Shown: positions 34,020 to 46,200 of the stretch, piece by piece
Position numbering within the stretch: position 1 is the stretch's first letter
How the letters are laid out: each line of letters starts with the position of its first letter
Source of the DNA: Sporopachydermia quercuum
Taxonomy: Eukaryota
Length of the DNA stretch: 64,000 nt
Direction: 5' to 3'
Assembly (NCBI GenBank): GCA_001599295.1
Contig: BCGN01000001.1
Location: 2,108,001 to 2,172,000 of the forward strand
The notes under the pieces: generated by a model
Seen by the model: the letters and a program-made list of their open reading frames with translations, nothing else
The model's database searches: none
What the model was told of the DNA's origin: nothing
Made by a program: the position numbers and the translations under genes

Positions 34020-34990
34020 AGTCGTTAGCTTATTTGTGGGTTGGTTTTAGAATGAGCTAAGGATGAATAGCATTGAATGAGAAGAAGGTTTACTAATTTC
34101 TGGTATTTTCTTTGGAAATAGAGAGAATAAAGAAAATATTTTACTTAGTGATGGTGATGATCGACTTATTGCACGCTGTAATTGTGTTTGTACCCACCAT
34201 CATTACATTCACTTTGTTTTCATTTGTCACAACATGCTAACTCCATTTCTCCCTTGCAGCAATTACACATGATTNGAGTTAATTTCTTCTAAATTTCCCT
34301 TAAAATTCTCACACTCAATAATTTTTTCACTCTTTCTACATAACGTATTTATAGATATAGACTAATACACTTATTTATATTCATTATCAATAGGTTCTGT
34401 CATTATCTCGATTAATCCAAACTCCCTATTTTTAGATTACACAATCCATTATTCCCATTCTATTTTAAATCACGTAATCAATAAATAAACATACTTTTTG
34501 ATCACATAATTCTTATTCTCATCATATCTTTCTCTCACAATCACACCAAAGCCCCTTGACCTTCCACGCTATCTTTAGTGCACGGGATTGTACCAGAACA
34601 GCTNATTTCCTCGTGATAATTGATCCGCCAATTATACAACTCGAGCTTCCTGCATCTTCTCGCTTATCAAAAACCCAGAATCCCAGGCTAATGCAAACTG
34701 TACGGTCACCGTTTTCTTACCAGCATTCTCCATTGCACAATTAGTGATTGCACTTGGCTCAACTTAATCTCGGGCTCACCTATGGCTTCCATACATCTAT
34801 TCATAGACGGTTTGAGTCCAGTTTTGCTATAACCAAAGCTTTTTAGCATCTAGAAACACAAGTGTTGGCTTGAAGTATACATACAAAAATAATCACTTCA
34901 CAGGAGAATACGACGGGTCTAAGAACCCGGTGGTAAAACAGCTTGACAGCTCACTCCTGAACTCTCACATGGGATTACTATTTATTCATC

Positions 34991-37900
34991 ATGGATCTTC
35001 TAAGTAGCACTATGTGTGAGGTCAATGGTTTCTCAGAATCCATTGATATAAAAGATAAGCTTTCCACTAACTACGAAAACAATAACATGAGGTTATCAAG
35101 GAAAAGTGAGAATAGCCTTATAGGTGATAATATGAATCAGGAAGACGATGAGACATTGTCTAAATATGTTGATACTGAAAAACAGTATAAACTGGTGAAA
35201 ATGACTGTGAAGGATCCTGAAATTAGCAATAATAAAAATTCAACTTCTAATAGTAAAAAAGAATCATTATCGTATTTAATAAGCCAGATAAGCAAAATTA
35301 AAACCTACTGTAAAGCTTCCTTTGCTGATCAAGAAAAGGCTATCAGATTGCTGTCTCTACATTCTAAAGAAACAAACATTAAACTGTCAGAGATACCAGA
35401 ATTAATAAACAATAGTAAGAACAAGAGCGAGCGCGAAGATAATGTCAATAATTCCAATAATATGAATAATTCGAATAACGCAAACAATGCTTTAAATTGC
35501 GAGGAACTAGTGAACAAAGTGAAAGCTCAACAGCAGGAAGCGTTTGATAAAGAACGAGAGACTTTATATGAGCTAATTGGCCAATGAAAAGAAGACATTG
35601 CAGCTTTACAACGATCTAGTAGTAATCAACAGAGTAGTAATCGGAAAAAAGTTTCCAGTAGCAATAGCATTAGCAATGAAGACAGCGATAATGACAATAG
35701 CGAGAGTATTGTTACGACTACTAATAATATTAATGCATAGATAATTCAAAAGTCGGTGGAGAAGGCATTGAAAAACTACTATACCAAACAGGAAATTGAA
35801 TCCTTTTTACGAGACTCGGTTATCGCAAACAGTAATCGGACACCTATGCCTAATGGGGAAACAACTTCGGCTTCCAATCCTATTTCTCTTGAGTCGATTA
35901 AGCCGATTGTGGGGAAGTTATTGCCGAATCAAGAAATGAGTTCAAAACCATCATTACTTTTATCCAATAGAAACTTAAAGCAATTTCCAGCGATTTCCGC
36001 TCTTTCGAGCTAAGAATGCTCACTTTCGAAACAGCACCATCATGTGTTGGTTCTTCCACCTATAGCGGTAACAGTTCCGCTTCTGATGGGCTCGGAACCT
36101 CCTCGGTCATGGAACTTGAAATGGAACTCCGGCCTATTCTTCTTGACACGTTTCCTACAGTAACCGAGTTTCAACAATTCAACGACGAAGTTCGCCAGTA
36201 TTTAAACTTCAATAATGACAGCAATAGCAATAACCAGGCACTCTTTACTGAGCAAATCAAGGCTGTTGCTGATAAGATAGACGCTATGCAGGCCTAATTC
36301 CAAAGCTTGAAAAAGCGGGTGCAATCAACTTCCACCTCCGCTCCTGGTTCCGCTCATACTTCCGTTTCTGCTTCCGACTCGACCAAAGAAGCTTCAACTT
36401 CACTGTTCGCACTCCGAGAACAGATTATCCTGCTGGTGCGCAGAGAAGCCGACCTCCGCGCGGAGCTGAATGACCTGAGACAACAATCCGTCGATATCCG
36501 ACAAATCTCAACCCTCCAAGCGAAAATCCAAACAATCCAAGACTCAATTCTACCAAAAAACAACTGCATCAAATAAAANCCCAACTTGCTGCTCTTCGGG
36601 CTGAAACTTCTTAGAATGGAGATTCCTCGACCCAAAAACCTGACTTGCAGCTAGCAAAAGAACTCCAAGGCATTAAATCACAGATAAATCACAGATAAAT
36701 TCATTAAATCAGCTTCATAATTCATCTCAAGCAGGTCTTGATGGATTGGCAAGAGAGCTGAACACTCTTGCTAAAGAGAGCAAGAAGATGAAAGCTGATT
36801 TGACTGATAAGTATGAAGCGTTGGCTAAGGAATTCAACTATATTAACTCACTTCGGGGAAAGGTGATTGGTACTATGATTAACAAGGTGCATACTGTGTA
36901 TGATCGGTTGTTTGAAGAAGATNGTACGCCAAAGGAGGTTCTGGGGGCTATTGGGGGCACCTTCGGAGTCACGGGTGCAGGCGCAGCCGGGGGAAAGGAG
37001 CCACTGGTGGAAGGCGGATTGCGAATGTGATACAGCAGTCCCAACAAGGGAGAAGAGCGGCCCAACCACGTTTTTTCAAGCCTGAGCCACCAGCTGTTCC
37101 TCTTTCAACGTCATTGAAACGCAGCGACCGGGGAAACCCGATTCTGGAGAAGGTGCAAGAGAGAAAAATCGGCGCGGAGGAAGATTTGTCCAGCGGAAAT
37201 GGATATAAGCTCTTTCTTCCTGGATCTCTACCACATCCCACCGGGTTTCCTGCGCCACATAGTAACAGTACCAATTCAGTAAACTCCGGGGGCACCGGAG
37301 TCACAGGGGAGAGAAACACAGATCAATCAAAAGTACCAGTTACATGATGGCGGAAGCTCTATATCTTCAAGAGGAGAAGATAAGCCGTGGAATTCGGATG
37401 ATTCAGATTCAGATTCAGATTCAGAAGCGGAAGCGGAACGGAAACAATCTCCCATTGGGAAATCCCCTAAGAAACTATCTAAAATAGTCGAACTTTCGGA
37501 CATGGAAGAACATTCGGAACATTCGGAAACGGAAGAAAACTTGGACGAGAAATCAGAAGCAGATTTGAAATCGGAATCAGAATCGGAAGAAGATGAAGAC
37601 ACTAGCTCTAATTTCAAAATCACATCGGAGAAAAAGCGGAAATGGTCGGTAAACAACCGAGTACAATCCTCCAAAAGTGTTTCAATTCCAGAACCTGATT
37701 CCGATNCCGATCCCGATTCTTAACCTGAACCCAGAAGCACCATTAAACCTGAAAGAACCGGTAATATCTATGATCCGGTGTCTTTCAATTCCGGTTCTGT
37801 CTCAGAACCTAAACTCAAATCCTCACTTAACTCCAAATCTAAGAACGCCTTCTTATCTTCTCCGATATCAAAATCTACCCAAGCAAAGCCTATTACTTCC

Positions 37901-38487
37901 TCTACTTGCAATACTAACCTTAAAAAGCGGAAGTCATTCGTCTCATCAACTACAAAACAACCTCCAAGTAAAAAGCAGTCGCAGACATCCATTTTATCAT
38001 CGAAACCTACAAAGGCAACCGATTCTCTTATTAATTTGGTTAACGTCGGAGCAAAACTGGCTTTAGTTGATTTGCATGTTGCAGGAGGAACTGAGAGAAC
38101 GGAAATAATAGAAACTTCCGGCACTGGATTGAATGATCCAATCACTGGTTCAGGTTTAGCGACAGGATACACGTTACTTGAAAGGTTGAAAGGTTGAAAG
38201 GTAACATCAACAGGAATAGAAGTAGCTTGAGTATTAGAGATAGCGTTGATAGTAGAAATGTAGGAATCAGTACTATATTAGATACTACAACAGCTAGTTT
38301 ACTCTCAAATAGTATTAGTGATGAAGAAGGGGACGATATTAGTGATAGTAATGGAAGTAGTAGAAACCTCGATGACAAGAGAAATAGGAATAAAGGTGAT
38401 AGTATTGATAGGAATATCGGTACAGGAAATACACTGGCAGGTATTGATTTGATGTTTTCCAATTCATTATTAGCAGGGATGATTTGA
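34991..38487 (+). pseudogene. decayed gene for a large (about 1150 aa) coiled-coil plus Ser/acidic low-complexity protein
   Basis: Nine ORF fragments join into one reading through in-frame stops (35585, 35738, 35968, 36295, 36574, 36612, 37721) and about six frameshifts. Two frameshifts are explained exactly by tandem duplications (11 bp at 36674-36695; 8 bp at 38178-38201). Confidence 0.8.
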
Positions 38488-39349
38488 TTTGGCCAAATTA
38501 GAATTTAACTGGGATTTAATGGGGATTGCCAACTGAAAAGAAAGCGGAGCTTGATTCTTGTTGCTGAGATTGGTAATCCTTCCAATTCTTTTAACTCAAA
38601 CTCAAAGCACTCCAAAGCAGTAATAATTCGTCTTAATTCCAGATAGTAAATTTAATTGATCAACCACAAGGAACTGCTAAGTTCATGACTTACAAGAAGG
38701 ATTTGAGATCAATTGAGTTTTTTGAAGTCTTTTGATATGATCANTTAAAAGGTAGAACTGTCCTGACTTGTTTCTTTATCTTATACACTTGGTTGCTTAT
38801 ACATTTCCAAAATATCGCCGACTATTACTTACAGGGAATTCAGATGANTAATCTAGAATATCCACAAAATTTTTACTTATCAGAAACATCTCGTTTCCTA
38901 CTGGGCGCTGGTAATTGTCAATATACTTCTCTAGTTAGATTTGTTTCCTATTTCTTAGACAAATGGAGTTTTCAAGTAGAATCGTTATTATCCATACCAG
39001 ACAGAAGTAGTTTATCTTTGTTTGATATAAATCCATCATAGAGGAGAGCGGCTGTTAGTTTGCTAATAAAAAAAAAACAGTGCTTATTTCTGATGAAGTA
39101 TATTTTATATGTTATTCATGGTAACTATATCCAATGAAGTTTACAGTTTGTCCAAAGAAAGAGATAACATGAGAAAAGGTTTCATTGTAGCGTTTGTTAG
39201 TTGTTTTGTTGATTGCAGTATTTTATATTGGATGGAATTTGACAAACAAGCTTGAGAATCATTACCAGTTATATTTTCCAAGTTTCCCAAGCTTCTCAAG
39301 TACTTCCTGAATACGATTCATAGAACAGTATGCAGAGCTTTTACTTGTT

Positions 39350-39458
39350 TTCCATTTACTCAACCATATATCACCAATTATTCAATCCAATAATATTCTA
39401 TTCCATTTACTCAACCATATATCACCAATTATTCAATCCAATAATATTCTATTCCATT
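39350..39458. repeat. perfect 51-bp tandem duplication in the KEX1 3' region
   Basis: ttccatttactcaaccatatatcaccaattattcaatccaataatattcta at 39350-39400 and 39401-39451, plus 7 bp of a third copy. Confidence 0.95.
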
Positions 39459-39501
39459 ATATCATTATACAATAAACTCATTCATTAGCTTTTCTATGTT
39501 C

Positions 39502-41493
39502 TTAAATCCTATTATCACTATCTTTATCATTATCACTATCATCACTGAACTCATCGTCTATAAAAACACTTCGATTCAATGAATCAGTCGATACACTTTC
39601 ACTCAAATCATCCATAGCGTAAGTTCCTGNTGTTCCTCTTGAAGCAGTTGAAGTTGCAGATAACTTATTCCGAGCACTCAGTTTCAATGGCCTTTGAGGA
39701 ACAGCTTCTTCATCAACAGGCACGTGAGAGTATCTGGCGCTAAAAGTGTCGCTATTGATGTAATCAACATCGGGGTCCATTAATGATTTGAACCACGCGA
39801 TGATTTTGTTTGGTCTTGAAGAGCGTTTCGTTCGGAAACAGCAGAAGTAGACAAAGAACAACATGAGCAGAATTACCAGTAAGCAGCCGGCAATGAATAG
39901 TTTTTGGGGAACATCGGAAGAGATTTCGGAGGTTTCAGATGTTTCAGATGAGCTCTCAGAAGTAGAATTACCACTATTTCCGTCAGTTAAGATTTTTTCC
40001 GAATCATTGTAGTCTTCTTTCTGTTCGGGGTCGTCGAAGACTACCGCAGTTTCATTTAACCCTATAAACCGTTCTACCATTCCTTTACTTCTGCCTGAAT
40101 AATCAAACGGAACCATATGAGATGCATCCGCTACTAGAACGTAAGTCAAATTCCGTTCTTCCCGCCAGAATCCCGCTTCTGTATANTTGTAGTCATCTTC
40201 AATATCAGAAACCCACCATCGGAGTTTTTCGGATTCGTTAGAAAACCCGGTTGCTCCGTTCCAAGTTAAGTACTTAATTAGTTCTTCGTTACCATAATGA
40301 TTACATATTATATCTTTATCTCCGTTGAACATTAAGATAGGCAATTGCTCTAACAAATCGGGCAATAAATAAACGGCTGGTTCGGAATGATGTGCGGTGA
40401 AAGAGGAGGAAACTTTACCAGAACACTCGGACCATCCGCCTTGAAACTCGTGATTAAGGTTCAATGCGAGCTGAACCTTCTTTTGCCCTAAATACGGTGT
40501 CACGTGGGTCAAATCTGGCGGCCAATTCATCCCGCACGACGGATAAGAATCATTTAACCGAATATCGTACATATTCAAGCACGATTCTTCCGGAGGAGCA
40601 TGTTTCTTGAGCGAATATCGAAGAACTAAATCTAGGATGTTATCGCATTCCGGAAACGATACTCTTTGCTGTCTATGAGTTTCATCATCGCGGGTAGATT
40701 CAATGTTTTTTTCACATTTCTTTTGCTGTTCCATAAGTGAAGCTGCATAATCGGCATTAGGGTCCAATATGTTGTTATCATATGCAAATGGTAGATAGGA
40801 TAAGGATTGTCTGCTTGGATCGGTCCACCCGTTTCCGATAATTAACCCGGATAAGTTTATTTCCAGAGTTTCAGAACTCTTCGAATTGCGTTTTAGAATA
40901 GCATCAGCAAAGTACGGAATGTATTGTCCTGCATATGATTCGCCTCCAAGATAAAGCTCATATGATTGATCCTCAGGAAACACTTCGTAGTACTTATCTA
41001 AAAACAAGATAAAATCCTGCACCGCTTGGTCCAACTCTTTCAAATAAGAGTNGGAATCTGTGTAGCTAAAACCAGTGCCTGCCGGTTGGTCAACAAACAG
41101 CAAATGTGCGTTTTCGTGCCATGACCCAATATTGGCTCTAAGCTTCTTGTCACTCAGGGTACGGAAGGGTCCCAGTTCCATCATAGCACCATCAAGAGAA
41201 GAACATCCGGGTCCACCATTAAGCCATAGAATCAGCTTGTCTTTTGGCTCAGTATTGGATTTATTGACCCGCCAGAAGAATAGATTAGTATGGTTATTGG
41301 TATGAAGAGTCAAATGACCCGCATGCATTACAGGGATCAAACTTGGGTCAATATTTTCCGTTCCAGGAAGCGACTTCACTAGAAATTTCTCCTTTGAGAT
41401 CGGACCCGTCTTATCCGCCGTCGGATAAGCTGAAGTAGCCGAGATGGCTATAATCAAGGTAGCTATTTGCCGAAATAACACTGATAACAGCAT
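39502..41493 (-). CDS. KEX1: pheromone-processing serine carboxypeptidase (S10 family, type I membrane protein)
   Basis: Signal peptide, WLNGGPGCSSLDG, GESYAGQYIP, YDIRLNDSYPSCGMNWPPDL, NGDKDIICN and ASHMVPFD, then a TM helix and an acidic tail. Confidence 0.95.
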   Translation of the reverse strand: MLLSVLFRQIATLIIAISATSAYPTADKTGPISKEKFLVKSLPGTENIDPSLIPVMHAGHLTLHTNNHTNLFFWRVNKSNTEPKDKLILWLNGGPGCSSLDGAMMELGPFRTLSDKKLRANIGSWHENAHLLFVDQPAGTGFSYTDSXSYLKELDQAVQDFILFLDKYYEVFPEDQSYELYLGGESYAGQYIPYFADAILKRNSKSSETLEINLSGLIIGNGWTDPSRQSLSYLPFAYDNNILDPNADYAASLMEQQKKCEKNIESTRDDETHRQQRVSFPECDNILDLVLRYSLKKHAPPEESCLNMYDIRLNDSYPSCGMNWPPDLTHVTPYLGQKKVQLALNLNHEFQGGWSECSGKVSSSFTAHHSEPAVYLLPDLLEQLPILMFNGDKDIICNHYGNEELIKYLTWNGATGFSNESEKLRWWVSDIEDDYXYTEAGFWREERNLTYVLVADASHMVPFDYSGRSKGMVERFIGLNETAVVFDDPEQKEDYNDSEKILTDGNSGNSTSESSSETSETSEISSDVPQKLFIAGCLLVILLMLFFVYFCCFRTKRSSRPNKIIAWFKSLMDPDVDYINSDTFSARYSHVPVDEEAVPQRPLKLSARNKLSATSTASRGTXGTYAMDDLSESVSTDSLNRSVFIDDEFSDDSDNDKDSDNRI

Positions 41494-41763
41494 TGTGGAC
41501 AGGTTAGGGGGTTGGACCGAGTCGAGAACAAGAGGATGTATTTATGTGGGAAGGAAATGCTCGAGAACGGAAAAAATATCTAATTGGGATAAATTCGCCA
41601 CGGAAAACAAAATAAGGTTGAAAACGGAGCTTGATAAAAAGAGTAGAAATAATCCGGCCGATATACCGTAAAACAGCAGAAGAGAAGACAGATGAGAATT
41701 GATCCGAGGATATACAACAAATAGAGAGAAATAAATGATGATGTAATCTAAATGGGTTCAACT

Positions 41764-41771
41764 GTCACGTG
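41764..41771. promoter_or_regulatory. GTCACGTG E-box in the KEX1/SEF1 divergent promoter
   Basis: Exact motif 271 bp from the KEX1 ATG. Confidence 0.45.
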
Positions 41772-43250
41772 CATAATTTGTAGTAAATGATTACGCCATT
41801 GTCAATCGTCTCATTATAGGTGGGTGTCATTAGGTACTTCCGTGAGGAAGTGTTCAACCCAATTCGAGATCGCGGAAGAAATGACAAAGGAATATAAATA
41901 GAGTAGTTAAAATTGAAGATTCGAGCGGCTAATTTAGCTATTTGAAAATATTCTGTTGCTGTGAAACACATAAATGACTGGTAGACTCAATTTTGAATTC
42001 AGTCCACCAAAAATCTTATCAACCGACACCTAATCCAGTTTCACTACGGTCCACGACCAACTCTCACATTTATTTTTTTCCTGATACAGATCACCCTAAA
42101 TTCCTTTTTATATACACCCTTCTTCTATCCGAGTATTACATAAATATTTTCGTCTTCATAGCTCTTCTCTTCGTATCTCGCTTCACCTTCTTCTTACTCT
42201 CCTCCGATTCGGCTCATCGATTTGAACCCTAACTCAAAATCTAATTTCACATCTCTCTTCGTATCCTCCGACTCGGATCCTCTTACCTTCGAAACAACTT
42301 CGCATCTCCTCTTCCTCCCCACTTTTTCCCTTATGTGGAGAATAACCTAACAAACTTTCATAACCATTGATTGAATTACCATTTCCTTCCTTCCTTAACT
42401 TTGATTGTTNTGGTAAATGATAATAGCATGCTGACAAATGCTATGAATGATGAGATATGTATTGAGAAGCTAATAGAAAACAAGCAGATACTAATTGGTG
42501 AAATTTTGTCATCTTGACTGGTTTTTGTGTGGTAATTCAGCTATAGAAATAGAACTTCAGATTTAGGATTGCAGGTGGTAACATATCGGTAACTTATTTT
42601 ACATACCTACCACTTGATACTTTGCATCTATACTCTAAGCGCTAGAGCGTGCGACTAGCTCGAGACGAAAACCTGGAGCAAGATTTGTGTGCTTTAACTG
42701 CTTTACTGATTAGTCCGATAGACAAGTTGGAAGACCTGTAAGCGTAGCATTGAATAAGCACAGAAGATCAGGCTTTGACCATACATGAAGGACAGTGATA
42801 GAGTACGCTAGATTACGGTATGTTCTATCAATCGAACAGTGAAGACAGATTGGCAGTTATATTGGTGAGCAATAAGAAGCTTGTATCAATGATAAGGGAT
42901 TTGTTTATTTGCTGTTATAAAAGAGATCACTGGTTGATTCGCAAAATAGATAATTGAATCAGCGAATGAGAGATCGGCAAATAAGCAAATGAGCGAGTAA
43001 GCAGATAAGCAAATAGGAATTAAACAAATCTAACAATCAAAAGAACAACAGAACAAAAGAAAAAAACAGCTCAACAGTTGAATAATCCAGAAAAATAGAA
43101 TGAGCGTACAAGCACTGTTAGAGCAATATTATTAACAGTTCATCGTCATCTTTATTATTATATTATATTACATTTACATTTACATCTACATCTACTTCTA
43201 AACCAACATTGAAAAACATTTGAAGAAATATCACTTGCATTATAATCACA

Positions 43251-46200
43251 ATGAACATAATAGACTCCTCAGAAGGATGCAATTCGTCGTCTTCACCTCC
43301 TCCAATCAATTCAAGCTACAACGGCTTACCAGCAAACTTTCCTCAATTATCTACATCGACAGTGAAGCAACGCACTGTTCGTTCTTGCACTAACTGCAGA
43401 CAACAGAAAATCAAGTGTAATGCTACTGATACATTTCCAAAACCTTGTGCCACGTGTGAGAAAAGAGGGAAGCTGTGTGAAGTTGATCCTTTATTTAAAC
43501 CTGTTCGAACAGGTCATAGCCAGCTATTGAAAGAAGATATGGTGAAGCTGCGGAAAGTGATCGATAAGCTGATTACACGCGAGAACGTTCTTTTCAGCTT
43601 TTTAGAAGCCGAGATATCAGATGATGGTTTAAAAAGCAAGATTTGGTGCTTATTTGAAGCTGAGGATGATATGAAAAATGACAAGAAAAGTAAAACGAGA
43701 AAGGAAGTAGAGAATATGAATTTGACACCAGATGAAATAAGGGTGATCTTAGATGAAAGGGAAGGAGAGAAGGAAAAGGAAAAGGATAGAGAAAGGACAA
43801 CAGACTTGAAAGAATGTAAACATGAAAACGAAGGATACACTCGAATTGAGATACTGAAAGATAAAGTAAACAAATTTCTCTCTCATAGTAAGAAAAGGAG
43901 TTATGGTGATAGTAAGAGTATCAATATCAACAGTAACAGTAGTGTTTGTGATAGAAACAGAAATGCATTGAATACAACAAATGGACCGGTCATTACAAGT
44001 ATAGCAAACACGTTAACCAGCCACAATAATGCTAAATCTACCTCTGATATCGCCGACTCTACTACAGGTACTACCAATAGCTCTACTTCTACTGCTACTT
44101 CCACCACTAATAGCACTATGAATACTAAGACATCTCCTCATACCAACAATTCCATGAGCTCATCGCTAAAACAACAGAATCCTCAGTATGCTCAACTACG
44201 AAACAACCCTTCAACTATATTAAACAGTCCTAATGAATCTTTCCCGTCTAAAAATCCTCTCTACTCTTTGCAAAGCACTATTGATTCTAGAAAGAATACT
44301 GAAAACCTATCACAGACTCAGCTTCAGCCACCGCAACAGTCTCATAGTTCAGCTCTTCTGTTCTCCTCCTCTTTGGCTGCCACATCCTTTAAACTTGGAA
44401 ACATTGTCTTAGACTGGAACCAGGCAGCTCTGCTTCATAAACGATTCATGTCAGAATACTGTCCTCTTTTTCCTATTCTTACTTCAAACTCGGCTTCGGA
44501 GCTTTTCGCCCAATCGCCTTTGTTGTTCTGGACAGTTATGCTCACTGCTTCTTTATCAGAGCCTGATCCTTCTTTATACATATCATTATCGCTGCTTATT
44601 AAACAGCTAGCTATTGAAACTTGTTGGATCAATACTCCAAGATCAACACATATAGTGCAGGCATTACTAATTCTCTCCATGTGGCCTTTGCCTAACCAGA
44701 AGGTATTGGACGATTGTTCCTATCGTTTCACAGGCTTGGCAAAATGCTTAGCTTTACAGTTAGGTCTTCACCGGGGAGAGTTTATGGAAGAGTTTTCTCG
44801 GAAGCAAGCTACGTTCCCTGAAGCTGAAAAATGGCGCACGCGGTCTTGGACAGGCGTCTTCTTTTCGGAACAATTCTGGAGCTCTATACTTGGCCTCCCA
44901 CCTAGTATCCATATCGACAATCTTGTCGAAGCAGCTCAGTTTGATGANACGCTGCCAGGAAACTTCCGGGCGCTGCTCCAGCTTGCAGGGTTTAATTCTA
45001 AGGTATTTGCAGTGATGGGATCGAATATTGACAGTGCTACAGGGCTCATTGATGCTAAGACACGGTGCAGCTCTTTAAAAGTAATGGAAACCCAGCTTGA
45101 CCAGTTGAAACACGATATAGACTTAGGAGGAAAGAGTGTGAAGCTTTACTATAACTATGTCCGCTTGACACTGTGTTGTTTTGCCTTTTTCCCTGAAACT
45201 CCAGTAGAAGACCAACTGCAGTTTGTCCATGTAGCATTTGATGCAGCATTGAACATCGTAAGATGTTTTATAGCATTGTATGGTGAGCATGAAGGTAGAA
45301 AACAAGTAATAGAGTATCCTATTTATGTCCGACAGTCAGTATCGTTTGCAGCTCTGGTATTATTCAGGCTCTANGCTTCCAGCTTCTATGTATATAATGA
45401 TGAAGCCAGGAGTAATGCTATGGGTGCTCTAATCAAAGTTTACAAGATATTTAAAGCTCAGATTGTATTATGGAGCATTCCAGACAATGGGACTAATGTT
45501 GGTAACATAGGAAATAGTGCTGGAAATGATGGTAATAGCTTAAATACTTCTTTGATATTAAACGATATTACTAGACAAACAAAATTATGGGAAAAGGTGA
45601 ATTTAGCATATGCCAGACATCCTGAGATCTTCGTTGATACTGGAGGAATAGTTATCAAGATGGCTTCGCATCTGACGGCGTCTTTGTTCTATGAGCTGAT
45701 ATGGTACTATCACGAGGCTCGGAAGCGGGATGAGCCGAGTCGAGCTATTCCGACACCGTCTCCGTGTTCTTCTGAATGTTCGGCATCTCATATTTCAAGC
45801 CCGTTGATTACTGGGAACAATAATAACAGTAGTGGTGTCAATAATAGTCGTAATAACAATATAGGAGCTCGGAAGAGAAGAAGACTGATACATCCGAAAC
45901 TACCAGGGAAGCGGATGCACGAAAGTTACCCCTCGCCGCTTCCGATGGATGGAATTCAAGGATATATTCAGCCTATTGTCNAAAAACATATGCCATTAGA
46001 CGGAGGATTAAACAGTCTTGCATGGGATAACACAGCAGCAGCCCATAGTATTATGGCATTAGCCAATTCCCGAGGCGGATCTAGTAATAACATAGCAGGA
46101 ATGTTAACGGATGACCTTTTAGTTGTCAATTCAGCATATGCTCCTTTTATGACTATGGGAAATGAAACAAGTGCTAGCTTGGATAATGGGTATGGGAAGA

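Noticed and set aside
34991..38487. Stop-codon reassignment, readthrough or RNA editing rescuing the interrupted frames here and at 25487-28030
   Set aside because: All three stop types occur together with several frameshifts, and neighbouring genes end normally at TAA, TAG and TGA.
25487..38487. RIP-like C-to-T hypermutation as the cause of the nonsense codons
   Set aside because: Every stop codon is one C-to-T change from CAA, CAG or CGA, so this is not diagnostic. Some stops fit GAA or TTA ancestors equally well, and the relics keep many C and CpG. An intact paralog is needed to test it.
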